Assembly: GCA_965198235.1 (NCBI GenBank)
Contig: OZ240248.1
Span: 3,072,001 to 3,136,000 of the forward strand
Source: Candidatus Poribacteria bacterium
GTDB lineage: Bacteria; Poribacteria; WGA-4E; WGA-3G
Length of the DNA stretch: 64,000 nt
Direction: 5' to 3'
Shown here: one piece after another, positions 1 through 9,655 of the stretch
Layout of the letters: every line of letters begins with the position of its first letter
How positions within the stretch are numbered: position 1 is the first letter of the stretch
The notes under the pieces: model-generated
Database searches by the model: none
What the model was told of the DNA's origin: nothing
The model's input: only the letters and a program-made list of their open reading frames with translations
Position numbers and translations under genes: made by a program

Positions 1-1191
1 TGAACGGAATACATACAACCCGAACTCCCGTGCTGTCCCGATCTCCACGGTCATGTCTATTTCAATCGCTTTGCCGGCTACGTTGTCAAGGACGCGTTCT
101 TCATTTGCCGACACCGCAATATCCGTGAGGCGAGTGTGCGTAGCGCGTAAATTTTTCACCTCTTCTACCGGTTCCATCGCCAGCGCGTTGTCCGCTTTCA
201 GCGTGAGATGCCACGGAAGCGTCATGCACAACCCCGACGCGGCTTCTTCACTCTGCCTTCCATCGGCGCAATTTAAAATGGCGATGAGGCGACCGCGGGA
301 ATCTATTGTCGCAGACGGACAGGAGACCATCCCACCACCAAAGGTGCCGTGGTTGATTCTACCGTGGTATTCAGGTGTAAACCTGTGTGTCCCATAGTCG
401 TATTCACCAATGTAGTAGCGCGCCGAACGCTTATGACTGAAGAGGAGCAGGATGTGTTTACGGTCTCCGATAGGCAGGAAATTTGGCACCGCACCATCTT
501 CACCCAAGTCGCAGAAGACATCGTCAATCAGCAATGGATGGAGATATTCCCAGTGGGTTAGGTTTTGTGAATAAAAGAGGTGTGAAGCAGATCTGCGCCG
601 TTCGCGAATCCAACCGTTAGCCGATGTCCCTGAGATCGAATAATACCCGTCCTCTTCTTTCCAGATGCACGGATCGAAGACGTTATAAGGCTGCTCGTAT
701 TGGTTAGTCTCGACATTCGGAATGACCGGATTATTCGGATGCTTTTTCCAGTTGAGTAGGAGTGGATCGCTGGCAGTGGCGATGCTATTCCCCGACATTT
801 TGCCGTGGTAGATAGCGATAACCCGCTCATCTTCCACGAGACACTGACCGCTAAAGCAGTGCAATTCGGTATCTGGATACAACGCCGGTGGGAGATCGTG
901 CCAATGCACCAAATCATCACTATAGCAGTGTCCCCAGTGCACCCGATTGGCATTCGGGGGACCGAATTGATAAAACAGATGATACCTGCCCTGCCATTCG
1001 CAAAGCCCATTTGCATCTCCCATGCCGTAGAGAGAGGACATGTGATAGATGGGACGGTAGGGATCTGATGCCCATCCTTCTCTCCGTTTCTTGTAGTCGT
1101 GCACCGTCTCGTCCGTTTTAAGGGCAGTGAGTTGTTCCGATTCTGTATCGGGATAGGTTTTCCCTCGGAGTTTTTCCCATGTATCTGCCAT
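1..1191 (-). CDS. GH32-family glycoside hydrolase, 3' end outside window
   Basis: Absent from the ORF track because no stop lies in the window. My translation from ATG 1191: MADTWEKLRG...DPYRPIYHMSSLYGMGDANGLCEWQGRYHLFYQ...HWGHCYSDDLVHW...VFDPCIW. Paralogue of 4823..6379. Confidence 0.85.
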   Translation of the reverse strand, partial: MADTWEKLRGKTYPDTESEQLTALKTDETVHDYKKRREGWASDPYRPIYHMSSLYGMGDANGLCEWQGRYHLFYQFGPPNANRVHWGHCYSDDLVHWHDLPPALYPDTELHCFSGQCLVEDERVIAIYHGKMSGNSIATASDPLLLNWKKHPNNPVIPNVETNQYEQPYNVFDPCIWKEEDGYYSISGTSANGWIRERRRSASHLFYSQNLTHWEYLHPLLIDDVFCDLGEDGAVPNFLPIGDRKHILLLFSHKRSARYYIGEYDYGTHRFTPEYHGRINHGTFGGGMVSCPSATIDSRGRLIAILNCADGRQSEEAASGLCMTLPWHLTLKADNALAMEPVEEVKNLRATHTRLTDIAVSANEERVLDNVAGKAIEIDMTVEIGTAREFGLYVFRS

Positions 1192-1203
1192 ATCGGATTA
1201 CTT

Positions 1204-1914
1204 TTATTCAGAATCTCGTTTGTAAGTCTTTGACTTCGCGTGACGGGAGCTACTTCTCAAACTCCATGTCTTGCCGGCAAAATTGCTTTCGATAAGCTGC
1301 TGAAAAATTCGATGGCGCGCCGATAGTTTGAGTTCAAATCGATCCATAGTCGGTGAGAACGGATAACTCTCTGTCTCACCCGCCAGAACAGCGAAGAATT
1401 TGCCGTGGCTATTTGGAAGAAAAACAGGTCCTTTCCATTCCTGATATTCAATTGTCGGGGACGTGTCCTGAACAGACATTTCTACGTTGAGAAGAACTTC
1501 TGTGCTGTCCCGCAATTTGATAGAAGCAGGGAGTTTGTTATCAAGTTGGATATTGCCTTGAAAATAAGGGGTCTGAAAAAACACTCTTTCCGAGAAAGCC
1601 AAGAGTTTGGACGAATTAAATGCGTGTGGTAAATAATAGCCGTCCAAGCGCGTTCCATTTTCGTTGAGACAAACCCCAACAGCGATAACAAGCTCCCTAA
1701 ACTTGAATCCCCTCCATTTAGTATCTATCGCGCTGAGCAGTAAGACTGCCTTACCCGCTTCATGATATGGAAAAAGATTTTCCGTACGTAACACTGCTTC
1801 CCAAAACGATAAATCTGCTGCGCCGTGGAGTGTAACCTCTCTAACATTATCAAGATCAGCGGCGTATTGAATGGAGGTGTTTGAAGAAGTGGAGTTACGC
1901 AATTTCATATTCAT
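1204..1914 (-). CDS. hypothetical protein (236 aa)
   Basis: Long ORF ending 12 nt before the GH32 start on the same strand. No motif confidently recognised. Confidence 0.7.
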   Translation of the reverse strand: MNMKLRNSTSSNTSIQYAADLDNVREVTLHGAADLSFWEAVLRTENLFPYHEAGKAVLLLSAIDTKWRGFKFRELVIAVGVCLNENGTRLDGYYLPHAFNSSKLLAFSERVFFQTPYFQGNIQLDNKLPASIKLRDSTEVLLNVEMSVQDTSPTIEYQEWKGPVFLPNSHGKFFAVLAGETESYPFSPTMDRFELKLSARHRIFQQLIESNFAGKTWSLRSSSRHAKSKTYKRDSE

Positions 1915-2044
1915 TTACGTGATGCCTAATGGGTAATTCGGAAATCAGAGGAATGCAGGTGACTCAAGGCTGATGCCCAGAATTCAGCATCAAGTCACCA
2001 GTATCAAATAGAAGTATAGTCGCAAAAAAGACGGAGGATTCTTG

Positions 2045-2383
2045 TCAATCGGAATACCCCTTCAGTCTTGCCCATACGGTCGTTAATTTGTTTGCAGCTT
2101 CAACGGACAACGCTGATCCGCCACCAAATTTGACATTGATCTCAAATTCATGAATTGTCTCGCTTACATCCCGTTCTCTGGGTGTCACATCTCTATCCCA
2201 ACGGTCTTTGTTCGGTTTTCCTTTGGGGACTCTCGTTGCTTCAGCACCCGGCATCGAACCCACAATCTTCGATACATCCCATGTAGGAATTTCGCCTACA
2301 GGAGAGAGTGTTGCGATATTCGCTGAACGTCCGATTTCAACCCCATTTAACCACTGTAAAGAGCTTAGGGGTATCAATGGCAT
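2045..2383 (-). CDS. small protein or pseudogene with Poribacteria-type C-terminal tail
   Basis: Ends LSVEAANKLTTVWARLKG. A signal-peptide-like stretch (FIFFCCTFASLTYA) lies upstream in another frame, so it may be frameshifted. Confidence 0.5.
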   Translation of the reverse strand: MPLIPLSSLQWLNGVEIGRSANIATLSPVGEIPTWDVSKIVGSMPGAEATRVPKGKPNKDRWDRDVTPRERDVSETIHEFEINVKFGGGSALSVEAANKLTTVWARLKGYSD

Positions 2384-2475
2384 AAGTCAGAGATGCGAAT
2401 GTACAGCAGAAGAATATGAACGGGGAAAGAACGTCCGAACGCCGATGAACACTGAAAACCAATAATTTTTGACGC

Positions 2476-3177
2476 TTAGTACCCGGCTTTGATTTCCCCC
2501 CATGAGGTAGCAAGCTTATCTGCCGGCTCAACAGCAAAGGGATTCCCAATCACCTTAACGTCAAGTTCGACGAACTCATAAGTCGGTGGGTCTGTTTTAC
2601 TGGCTTCGTGTGAATGCCCACTTCCCTGATCGGTCCACGAATCCCACTCCGGCTCGTCCGGAATATCGGTGTCTGATTCACGGGCAACTTCGACGCCGTT
2701 AATCCAAATCACACAACCATCGTCAAAGTCTGCTCCTAGCTCAACTTTGCTAGTTGACCTGATGGACTTGACCTTGAAGATAGCGCGGCTGTAGACCATT
2801 GCATGGTCTCCATTACCAATGACCAGATTGTCATCCGCGTCACCGTAACCGACACCGTATTCGCCCTTTTCCCAATCTTTATCGTCAAATTTTGGTTGTG
2901 TCCAGCCGGTGGGATCTTTATCCGAAGGGATATTCTCCAAAGGCTGAATGGCAGTGCACTTGTGGCCTTCATCGACCACGATTTTACCATCAATTTTCAA
3001 CTGAATAATTAAGGTTAAATCACTGCTGCCGGCTGAATCGTTGACAGCCGCTCCAGCAATGACATTGTCTCCTGTGGCAATCGGCGCCTTTTCACCACTT
3101 GTTTCAAGTAGCGCATTAGCGGGCATTATTAATGATGCAATCATCAAAATTAGGTAGAAGACGATTCGTTTAAACAT
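2476..3177 (-). CDS. secreted galactose-binding-like domain protein with Poribacteria-type C-terminal tail
   Basis: Signal peptide MFKRIVFYLILMIASLIMPANA; motifs W..PKFDDKDW, GVGYGD and DDGCVIWINGVEVAR; tail AVEPADKLATSWGEIK; AGGAG RBS. Confidence 0.85.
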   Translation of the reverse strand: MFKRIVFYLILMIASLIMPANALLETSGEKAPIATGDNVIAGAAVNDSAGSSDLTLIIQLKIDGKIVVDEGHKCTAIQPLENIPSDKDPTGWTQPKFDDKDWEKGEYGVGYGDADDNLVIGNGDHAMVYSRAIFKVKSIRSTSKVELGADFDDGCVIWINGVEVARESDTDIPDEPEWDSWTDQGSGHSHEASKTDPPTYEFVELDVKVIGNPFAVEPADKLATSWGEIKAGY

Positions 3178-3233
3178 TGAAATTTCTCCTTATTGATTTC
3201 AAAGAGTTCCGAGTAAGGAACAAAACGTGGATC

Positions 3234-3465
3234 GACATTCTCGCGACGCGATTCCATTTGACATTCTCGCGACGCGATTCCATTTGACATTCTCGCGACG
3301 CGATTCCATTTGACATTCTCGCGACGCGATTCCATTTGACATTCTCGCGACGATTCCATTTGACATTCTCGCGACGCGATTCCATTTGACATTCTCGCGA
3401 CGCGATTCCATTTGACATTCTCGCGACGCGATTCCATTTGACATTCTCGCGACGCGATTCCATTT
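3234..3465. repeat. 26-bp tandem repeat, 9 copies
   Basis: Unit GACATTCTCGCGACGCGATTCCATTT; copy 5 (3338-3361) lacks 2 nt; no spacers. Confidence 0.97.
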
Positions 3466-3721
3466 AAGGTAGACGAAGGAAGGCGAACACAAATCCTACA
3501 CGCCTCCCGAAAGATACAAAACGCGTAAAACGCTTTGAGGGCTTTTGGTGATATAATGATAGGAGAGAGGTTCCTCATAACACTCTTCTCCCCATTATCA
3601 ATAAATTCTAACATAAGTCGGAAAAAGTGTCAAGAAAAAATCAGTCTGATTTTTTTCTTGACGAACAAGGCAAAACGTGGCATCCTGGCGGAAATCAATG
3701 CCACGTCACAAGGAGTCCCTT

Positions 3722-4482
3722 ATGAGGTGCCCGAAATGTCAACACCCACACTTCGTCAAAAATGGATTCGTCAACGAAAAACAACGCTATAAATGCAAAA
3801 ACTGCAACTATCAATGGACGGAAAACCACAAACACCGCGGCAGACCCATCGCCGAACGCGCCCTGGCTGTCTTTCTTTATTGTCATGGACTTTCTATGAA
3901 TGCTATCGCAAAAATGTTAGGTGCCGCACCCAGCACCATCCTACAATGGATACGCAACTTCAGCAGTGAACACGCACAACCCCCCGAACCACAGGCAGAC
4001 GCTGTCGTCTTTGAACTTGATGAGATGTGGCACTATCTAAAAAAAACAAACTCTGGATATGGAAAGCTTTTTGTCGTGATACCGGAGAACTCATCGCATG
4101 CGAATGTGGTCGTCGAGATAAAGCCACCTTGAAAAAACTTCTCCAACGCTTGGAGAAGTGGAACGTGAAAGTCTATTATACCGATGACTGGAAACCTTAT
4201 AGGAGCCTCATCCCGGCAGAACAGTTGGTTCAGACGAAAGCTGAGACACACCGCATTGAGCGCAATAATTGCCAAATGCGGCATTGGTTTGGACGCTTCA
4301 AGCGAAAGTCTATTATTGTCTCTAAGAGCGTAGAGATGGTCAACGCGACGATCGCTTTATTTGCAAGGTTTCGGGTCAATGGAGATGTTTTTGAGATCTT
4401 AAAAATCGCGCAGATGGAACCTAAAATCATTATTTATAGTAGATTTCAGAATTACTTGCACACTCTGCACCGGCGAGGTTAG
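3722..4482 (+). mobile_element. IS1-family transposase (insA/insB, -1 frameshift)
   Basis: InsA Zn ribbon CPKC...QRYKCKNC plus HTH; ELDEMW, then A8C at 4039-4047 shifting to NKLWIWKA...YYTDDW...IERNN. Terminal IRs not resolved. Confidence 0.9.
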
Positions 4483-4537
4483 GAAACCTCGCCTACCGGG
4501 GGACGAAAGTGTGTATGTATTTTTAGAATTCACTATA
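4435..4537. mobile_element. MITE-like element with TATAGT...ACTATA ends and an internal REP-like hairpin
   Basis: Imperfect terminal IRs; hairpin GGCGAGGTTAGGAAACCTCGCC. Related halves near 53968-54027 and 19430-19490. Confidence 0.6.
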
Positions 4538-4822
4538 AAGCAAAACCCTCAACGCTTTTAACGAGATTTCCACCAGAGTTGATTGGGAGCGACCACAAGG
4601 TTTGGCCCCCACTTAACGATGCTGAGGACACGAAAAAGTCGATTAGGTACAGGAGTCCTCTTTATCGTAAAGTTAATTTCCTAACAGACACAGTGATTTT
4701 TTGAGAGTTTTGTCTAACTAACGGTATTGCAGAAGTGGGTGGAAAACCCACTTGGCCACGCGCGCCTGCAATCAACATGCTAAAAGTATACTACATCTAC
4801 AAGTACCGTGTCTGTTGCGATA

Positions 4823-6379
4823 TTAAGCATAGATGTTCTGCATCTGCCAAGCATCTAAGGACTTGAGTTCACAGGCTTGCCCTTGTGAGCGCAATGACAC
4901 ACCGACACTCTCTTCCTTGTCGGGATAAACGCGCATCGCCACGCACTGCTTCCCATTCGCGAAGACTTCCACAACGCTCTTGTCAACGAATACCCGTAAT
5001 TTCAGCGTCTCGTCTTGTGCAATGGAGATCGCTCCGGTTTCGGGCGCGCGTGAAAGGACATCCGACGCGATTGATGAATACGATGAATCAATCGTGAGTA
5101 GACTGTCGCGAACACGATCGGGAATATCCGGGTTGCGCATCCCGCGTTCTCTGAAGAAGGCGATACGGGTAAACTCCTCTTTCTGCGGTGACCGAAGGAC
5201 ATTTAGTTCAACCATCGGTGCCGATTTCGGATCGATTTCGAGTTCAAGTTCCATCGCGTTGCCATTTATGCCTTCCAGCACGACCTCCTCGTTTGCGGGG
5301 AGTGTCATCGCGTTGACACGCTGATGCGCATACCGCAATGATTCGATGTCGCCAGCTGGCTCAATTCCGACTTCATCTCTGGAGAGAAGAGTCAGGCGAC
5401 GCGGCAGCGTCATGATCTGGTTCCAACCTTTGGTAGGCTTGGCAGGGTTCATGTTATAGATGACGATCAATCCGCCGTTACCATCAGGCGTTGCAGAAGG
5501 TGCGTGGACACCCGCAGGAGATGCCGCTCCGAAATTGTTCTTCGCACCTGCTGTTACGACGAACTTGTCGCGTTCGGTGTCATAATCACCGAGCAGATAC
5601 TGTCCGCCGCTCATGTGGCTGAAGAAAAGGAGCATGTGTCGGTCGCCGATGGGCCAAAAGTAAGGACACGCGCCGTCATCGCCGACTAAAGTGTACATAT
5701 CATCTTCAATGAACGGATGTAGATAGACCCAGTTTGCGAGGTCTGCTGAGCGCAGCAGGAAATTCGCACGTACCCGTTTACCGGCCGGTCCGTGTGGGAG
5801 TGTGCCACCCGAAAGCGAGTAATACATACCGTCTTTTTTCCAGATGCACGGGTCGAAAACGCGATAGACCGGTGTGGTGCCGTCTGCGTGTTGCGATGGA
5901 ATTACCGCTTTACCGGCGACTTTTTCCCAATTGAGAAGCAACGGGTCACTTGACACTGCTACCATATTGCCGACAACCGTTCCGTGATACATCGCAATCA
6001 CGCGGTCTTCCTCTACGACCGTCGCACCGGAGAAGCAGCATCTTTCAGGGTTCGGATAAATCGCGTAGGGTAGATCGCGCCAGTGGATGAGGTCATCGCT
6101 GATCGCGTGTCCCCAGTGCTGCCGTGTATCTTCAGGTGGATATGCCTGATAGAAGAGATGCCATCGTCCCTGCCAGAAACAGAGACCGTTTGGATCGTTG
6201 AGCATCGCTTCAGGATTGATATAGTGATAAATCGGACGGTGCGGATCGCCTTCATACGTTTTCCGATAAGCGTTGAGCCGTTGCATCAGTGGATTCGTTT
6301 CCAATTCTGCTTCCTGCTCTTCCAGTGTGTCCGCGAACGTATAATGCGGTACACGCGAAGTGTAGTCTTCGTTAGCCAT
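4823..6379 (-). CDS. GH32-family glycoside hydrolase
   Basis: HRPIYHY...MLNDPNG...HLFYQ...HWGHAISDDLIHW; C-terminal beta-sandwich LRVFVDKSVVEVFANG. Confidence 0.92.
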   Translation of the reverse strand: MANEDYTSRVPHYTFADTLEEQEAELETNPLMQRLNAYRKTYEGDPHRPIYHYINPEAMLNDPNGLCFWQGRWHLFYQAYPPEDTRQHWGHAISDDLIHWRDLPYAIYPNPERCCFSGATVVEEDRVIAMYHGTVVGNMVAVSSDPLLLNWEKVAGKAVIPSQHADGTTPVYRVFDPCIWKKDGMYYSLSGGTLPHGPAGKRVRANFLLRSADLANWVYLHPFIEDDMYTLVGDDGACPYFWPIGDRHMLLFFSHMSGGQYLLGDYDTERDKFVVTAGAKNNFGAASPAGVHAPSATPDGNGGLIVIYNMNPAKPTKGWNQIMTLPRRLTLLSRDEVGIEPAGDIESLRYAHQRVNAMTLPANEEVVLEGINGNAMELELEIDPKSAPMVELNVLRSPQKEEFTRIAFFRERGMRNPDIPDRVRDSLLTIDSSYSSIASDVLSRAPETGAISIAQDETLKLRVFVDKSVVEVFANGKQCVAMRVYPDKEESVGVSLRSQGQACELKSLDAWQMQNIYA

Positions 6380-6584
6380 CGTTTCTCCTCTGTTGTGTAA
6401 TATCTACGAAATTCTGTGGTTTTTAGCATAGCATAGAAGTAGTTGAATGTCCACAAATTTTAACTGTGTTCTCAGAGCCATTCAATTCTCGCGAAGCACA
6501 TTTGTGGAGTGCTTTATCAGCCCTATTTATAAGGAGACACTCCTCCCCAGCGAGGTTTCCTAACCTCGCCTCTTGCTACTGGAT

Positions 6585-6900
6585 AACGTGAGTTCGATAT
6601 ATGAATATAGTTGATATATGAATATAGTTCTTGTAGGTTGGGTAGAACGGATAGCAAAGGTGAACTCTATTATGCCCAGGGTCCCCTATTTTTCCAGTAA
6701 CCGCGTCTCGAAAAGATGACGAGTGAAACCCAACGTATTCTCATAACCGTAGCGTCTAAGTCGTTGGGTTTCGCTATCTCTATCTACACAAAATAGATCA
6801 TCGAAAATTGGGCTTCCCCCTACAAACTGGCGCGTTCTGAGTCTTTATCGCTCTACCCAACCTACGGCCACCCGTGCATTTTTATTACCGAACTTACGTT
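6585..6900. mobile_element. MITE containing a composite REP-like element
   Basis: IRs AACGTGAGTTCG (6585-6596) and CGAACTTACGTT (6889-6900), GGAT on both flanks. Inside is GTAGGTTGGGT...ACCCAACCTAC (6633-6865). Confidence 0.75.
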
Positions 6901-6940
6901 GGATAGGTAATTGTAAAACCTACTATAAATCCCATCATTG

Positions 6941-6969
6941 TTGACTCAAAAAGGAGATTTTGCTATACT
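6941..6969 (+). promoter_or_regulatory. sigma70-type promoter of the aquaporin gene
   Basis: TTGACT-N17-TATACT. Confidence 0.65.
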
Positions 6970-7052
6970 TTTTTCGTAAGGGCTTACGAGTTATGCCCTT
7001 GAAGAACTAACATTCATTTGGTTTTTTGATTTCAAATGCAAGGGGGAGGCTC

Positions 7053-7721
7053 ATGAATACAAAGAACTTAGTTGCCGAATTTGTCGGCACTTTCGCACTA
7101 ATCTTTATCGGTGCTGGTGCCTTGGCGATAGGTGCAGGCGGTTTAGTAGGGATCGCACTCGCTCACGGTTTAGTCATTGTGACGTTCGCTTATGCATATG
7201 GACACATCTCTGGCACGCATATCAATCCAGCTGTGACGCTTGGCTTGCTGATAGCAGGCGAGATCGAATTCGTGGCAGCTATCGGCTATTGGATTGTGCA
7301 ATTTCTTGGCGGAATTTTGGGGGCAGTTGTGCTTAACGCCGTGCTACCGAATCCCGGCGATCTGGGTGTGACGATTCTAACCACGGCGGCTAATGGTGGG
7401 GCCTTCACGGTTACTGCAACGCAAGGGCTTATCGTCGAAATGATACTCACCTTCTTCCTCGTCAATACCATTTTTAATACCGCTGTGAGTGGGAAAGCAG
7501 GAAACTTCGCAGGACTCGCGATTGGTCTCACATTGATGTTTGGTATCCTCATGGGGGGTCCGTTGACGCGTGCTTCGCTCAATCCTGCGCGGACGTTGGG
7601 ACCTGCCATTGTCAGCGGTAACTATGCGGACATCTGGCTCTATTTTGTGGGACCGTTTGTAGGTGCAATCCTCGCCGCGCTTCTCTATATCGGTGTCTTG
7701 AAAGATAAAGGAGAGGCGTAG
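7053..7721 (+). CDS. MIP-family channel (aquaporin)
   Basis: AEFVGTF, HINPAV and SLNPAR (two NPA motifs); GGAGG RBS. Confidence 0.95.
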   Translation: MNTKNLVAEFVGTFALIFIGAGALAIGAGGLVGIALAHGLVIVTFAYAYGHISGTHINPAVTLGLLIAGEIEFVAAIGYWIVQFLGGILGAVVLNAVLPNPGDLGVTILTTAANGGAFTVTATQGLIVEMILTFFLVNTIFNTAVSGKAGNFAGLAIGLTLMFGILMGGPLTRASLNPARTLGPAIVSGNYADIWLYFVGPFVGAILAALLYIGVLKDKGEA

Positions 7722-7797
7722 CACACGTATCACAGACAAAAAGAGAAGGCTGACACATTCACGCGCCAACCTTCTCTTTTGTGCTATGGTAAACGTA

Positions 7798-8229
7798 TTA
7801 GGATACAGTTGTGATCGGGATCTCGGTCGGTTTTACGACTTCCGGCTTCGGAATGGAGAGCATCAACACACCGTCGTTAAATTCGGCTTTGATATTGTCT
7901 GTCTCCACTTCCTCTGGGAGCGCGAATCTCCGTTGGAAACTGCCGTACCGCCGTTCAACTCTGCGATAGTTTTGCGTATCGTCCACCTTTTCCTGCCGTT
8001 TCTCCCCGCTGAGCGTCAAGAGGTTATCTTTGACAGAGACATGGAGGTCGTCCTTGGCGACCCCGGGTAGCTCAGCGCGGACTTCAAAGCCATCGTCTGT
8101 TTCCGAAATATCAACCGAGGGTACCCAATTGTATCTATCCGCATCGCTCCTTGTGTGTTGAGGCGCGAAAAACGGACTGTAGAATCTGAATAGATTTCCT
8201 GTTGGTCTGTGTAAGGTCAAATAAGTCAT
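7798..8229 (-). CDS. Hsp20/alpha-crystallin small heat-shock protein
   Basis: PSVDISET...AELPGV...ERRYGSFQRRF...FNDGVLMLSIPK; AGGAG RBS before ATG 8229. Confidence 0.93.
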   Translation of the reverse strand: MTYLTLHRPTGNLFRFYSPFFAPQHTRSDADRYNWVPSVDISETDDGFEVRAELPGVAKDDLHVSVKDNLLTLSGEKRQEKVDDTQNYRRVERRYGSFQRRFALPEEVETDNIKAEFNDGVLMLSIPKPEVVKPTEIPITTVS

Positions 8230-8268
8230 TTTTTTCTCCTTTTGAATTTTGTTTCTGTAGATGTTAGA

Positions 8269-8372
8269 GGCAAGTTCTATGCCAAATAGGTTGCAAGTTT
8301 TGTGCCAATCTCTTCTGAGGCGATCCGAAGGTGTTTGCCTCTCTGTGTGTATATTGAGCAAATTCCGTGCCA
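8269..8372 (-). promoter_or_regulatory. three sigma54-type (-24/-12) motifs upstream of hsp20
   Basis: Minus strand: TGGCACGGAATTTGCT (8357-8372), TGGCACAAAACTTGCA (8292-8307), TGGCATAGAACTTGCC (8269-8284). Confidence 0.7.
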
Positions 8373-8408
8373 AAGTCGACATATCCAGTCTCGGTAGGCA
8401 TCAACTCC

Positions 8409-8520
8409 GTAGAGATAGGTCTCGTACCTACCGAGTAGGAACGCCGATATATCAGGGTTCATATCCATAGGGGTAGGTCTTGTGCCTACCCAGTAGGTCT
8501 CGTACCTACCCTGTGGGAAC
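8409..8520. repeat. cluster of GTAG-type REP-like hairpins
   Basis: TAGGTCTCGTACCTACC twice, GGGTAGGTCTTGTGCCTACCC; similar to 62361-62385. Confidence 0.65.
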
Positions 8521-8693
8521 GACATTGATATAAGACATATACAACACAACTCGTGGAGATTCAGGTGGGAAATACAAGAAATGGGTTCGCCAAATTGGCA
8601 CAACCCTTGCCATTGTGGCGTTGTCTGGAGGTCAAAATGGCTTTGATAGATGAGAGAATGATTGAGGTGCGTTTTCTACGCCTATGGTTGGTG

Positions 8694-9347
8694 TTAAGAC
8701 ATTGAGTCGCGCTCTTGGATCCGCGTTCGGATGCTCGCGACAAGCGTGTACAATGCAACTGGGTTTTCATCTTGGAATGGGATAATCAGATCAGCATACT
8801 GCTTGCAGGGTTCGGTATAGACAGGGAAGTTAGGGAGGACATCGCGCCGATACCAGTTAATAGCCCACTCCAGATCACCCCCGCGTTGTGCAACATCACG
8901 GAGCATCCGGCGCAGGACACGTTCATGTGCATCTACATCAAGGAATAGTTTAATGTCCATCAAGTTTCGTAAATCTTCACTCCAAAAGATGAGATGTCCT
9001 TCCACAATAACGACCTTGCTCGGTTGCACGCTCGCTTTTTCGCCGCCGCGTTGCGCGGCACGCGTGCCGGGGGTGGGTGTGTTGATCGCATCGCCATCGC
9101 GAAGTTTCTTGATGTCTGCGATGAGGGCATCCCATAGAACGGCATCCGGATGATTCGCAGTGATGACTCGTTCCCGTTCCGCTTCCGAGTATTCTGACCA
9201 GTCGCGAAAATAGGAATCCTGATTTAGCACGACAGGCGAGAATTCCGTGAGTTGTTCTGCCAAGGCACTCGCGAACGTCGTCTTTCCAGAAGCGGAACCC
9301 CCCATAATCCCAACGGTCATCGGTCTGAAATGTTCTGGTTTCGGCAT
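8694..9347 (-). CDS. udk: uridine kinase
   Basis: GIMGGSASGKTT, QDSYFRD, NHPDA, IIVEG, RRMLRDV..RG, EPCKQYADLIIP. Confidence 0.85.
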   Translation of the reverse strand: MPKPEHFRPMTVGIMGGSASGKTTFASALAEQLTEFSPVVLNQDSYFRDWSEYSEAERERVITANHPDAVLWDALIADIKKLRDGDAINTPTPGTRAAQRGGEKASVQPSKVVIVEGHLIFWSEDLRNLMDIKLFLDVDAHERVLRRMLRDVAQRGGDLEWAINWYRRDVLPNFPVYTEPCKQYADLIIPFQDENPVALYTLVASIRTRIQERDSMS

Positions 9348-9459
9348 AGTTTTCTCCGTAGTGTCCTCTTTTCGCATATTAGCACACCTTGATTTAGCAG
9401 TCAACACTATTTTATCGGTTGAAAATTGGCTTCACACCTATGGTTGCAAAAAAAGAAAT

Positions 9460-9488
9460 TTGACTTGTATAAAAAAATGTGTTATTAT
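9460..9488 (+). promoter_or_regulatory. sigma70-type promoter of leader-aroF-leuA
   Basis: TTGACT-N17-TATTAT with extended TG. Confidence 0.6.
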
Positions 9489-9655
9489 ATAATAGGATTA
9501 GTCATTTTACAGGAAATTACGGCGTACCCTTTTCAAAGTGCTATTCCTTGTGAAAAATACCGTCTTATATTACAATAAAGATATCCGCTTTGATAGCGGA
9601 GTTTGCTTTCAGAACATTAGGGTCGGGACTTTTTACCCTAATTTTTAGGACCTTG

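Noticed and set aside
3234-3465. CRISPR array
   Set aside because: Units are contiguous with no unique spacers and no cas genes are nearby.
3150-3614. Three overlapping repeat-protein ORFs (MESRRENVKW...)
   Set aside because: By-product of a stop-free 26-bp repeat read in all three frames.
3466-3721. Left terminal inverted repeat of the IS1 element
   Set aside because: Only a weak ATAATGAT match to the right side; ends cannot be defined.
4540-4820. Possible ncRNA or gene remnant
   Set aside because: Only one short hairpin (AAGTGGGT-GGAAA-ACCCACTT) and no recognisable family.
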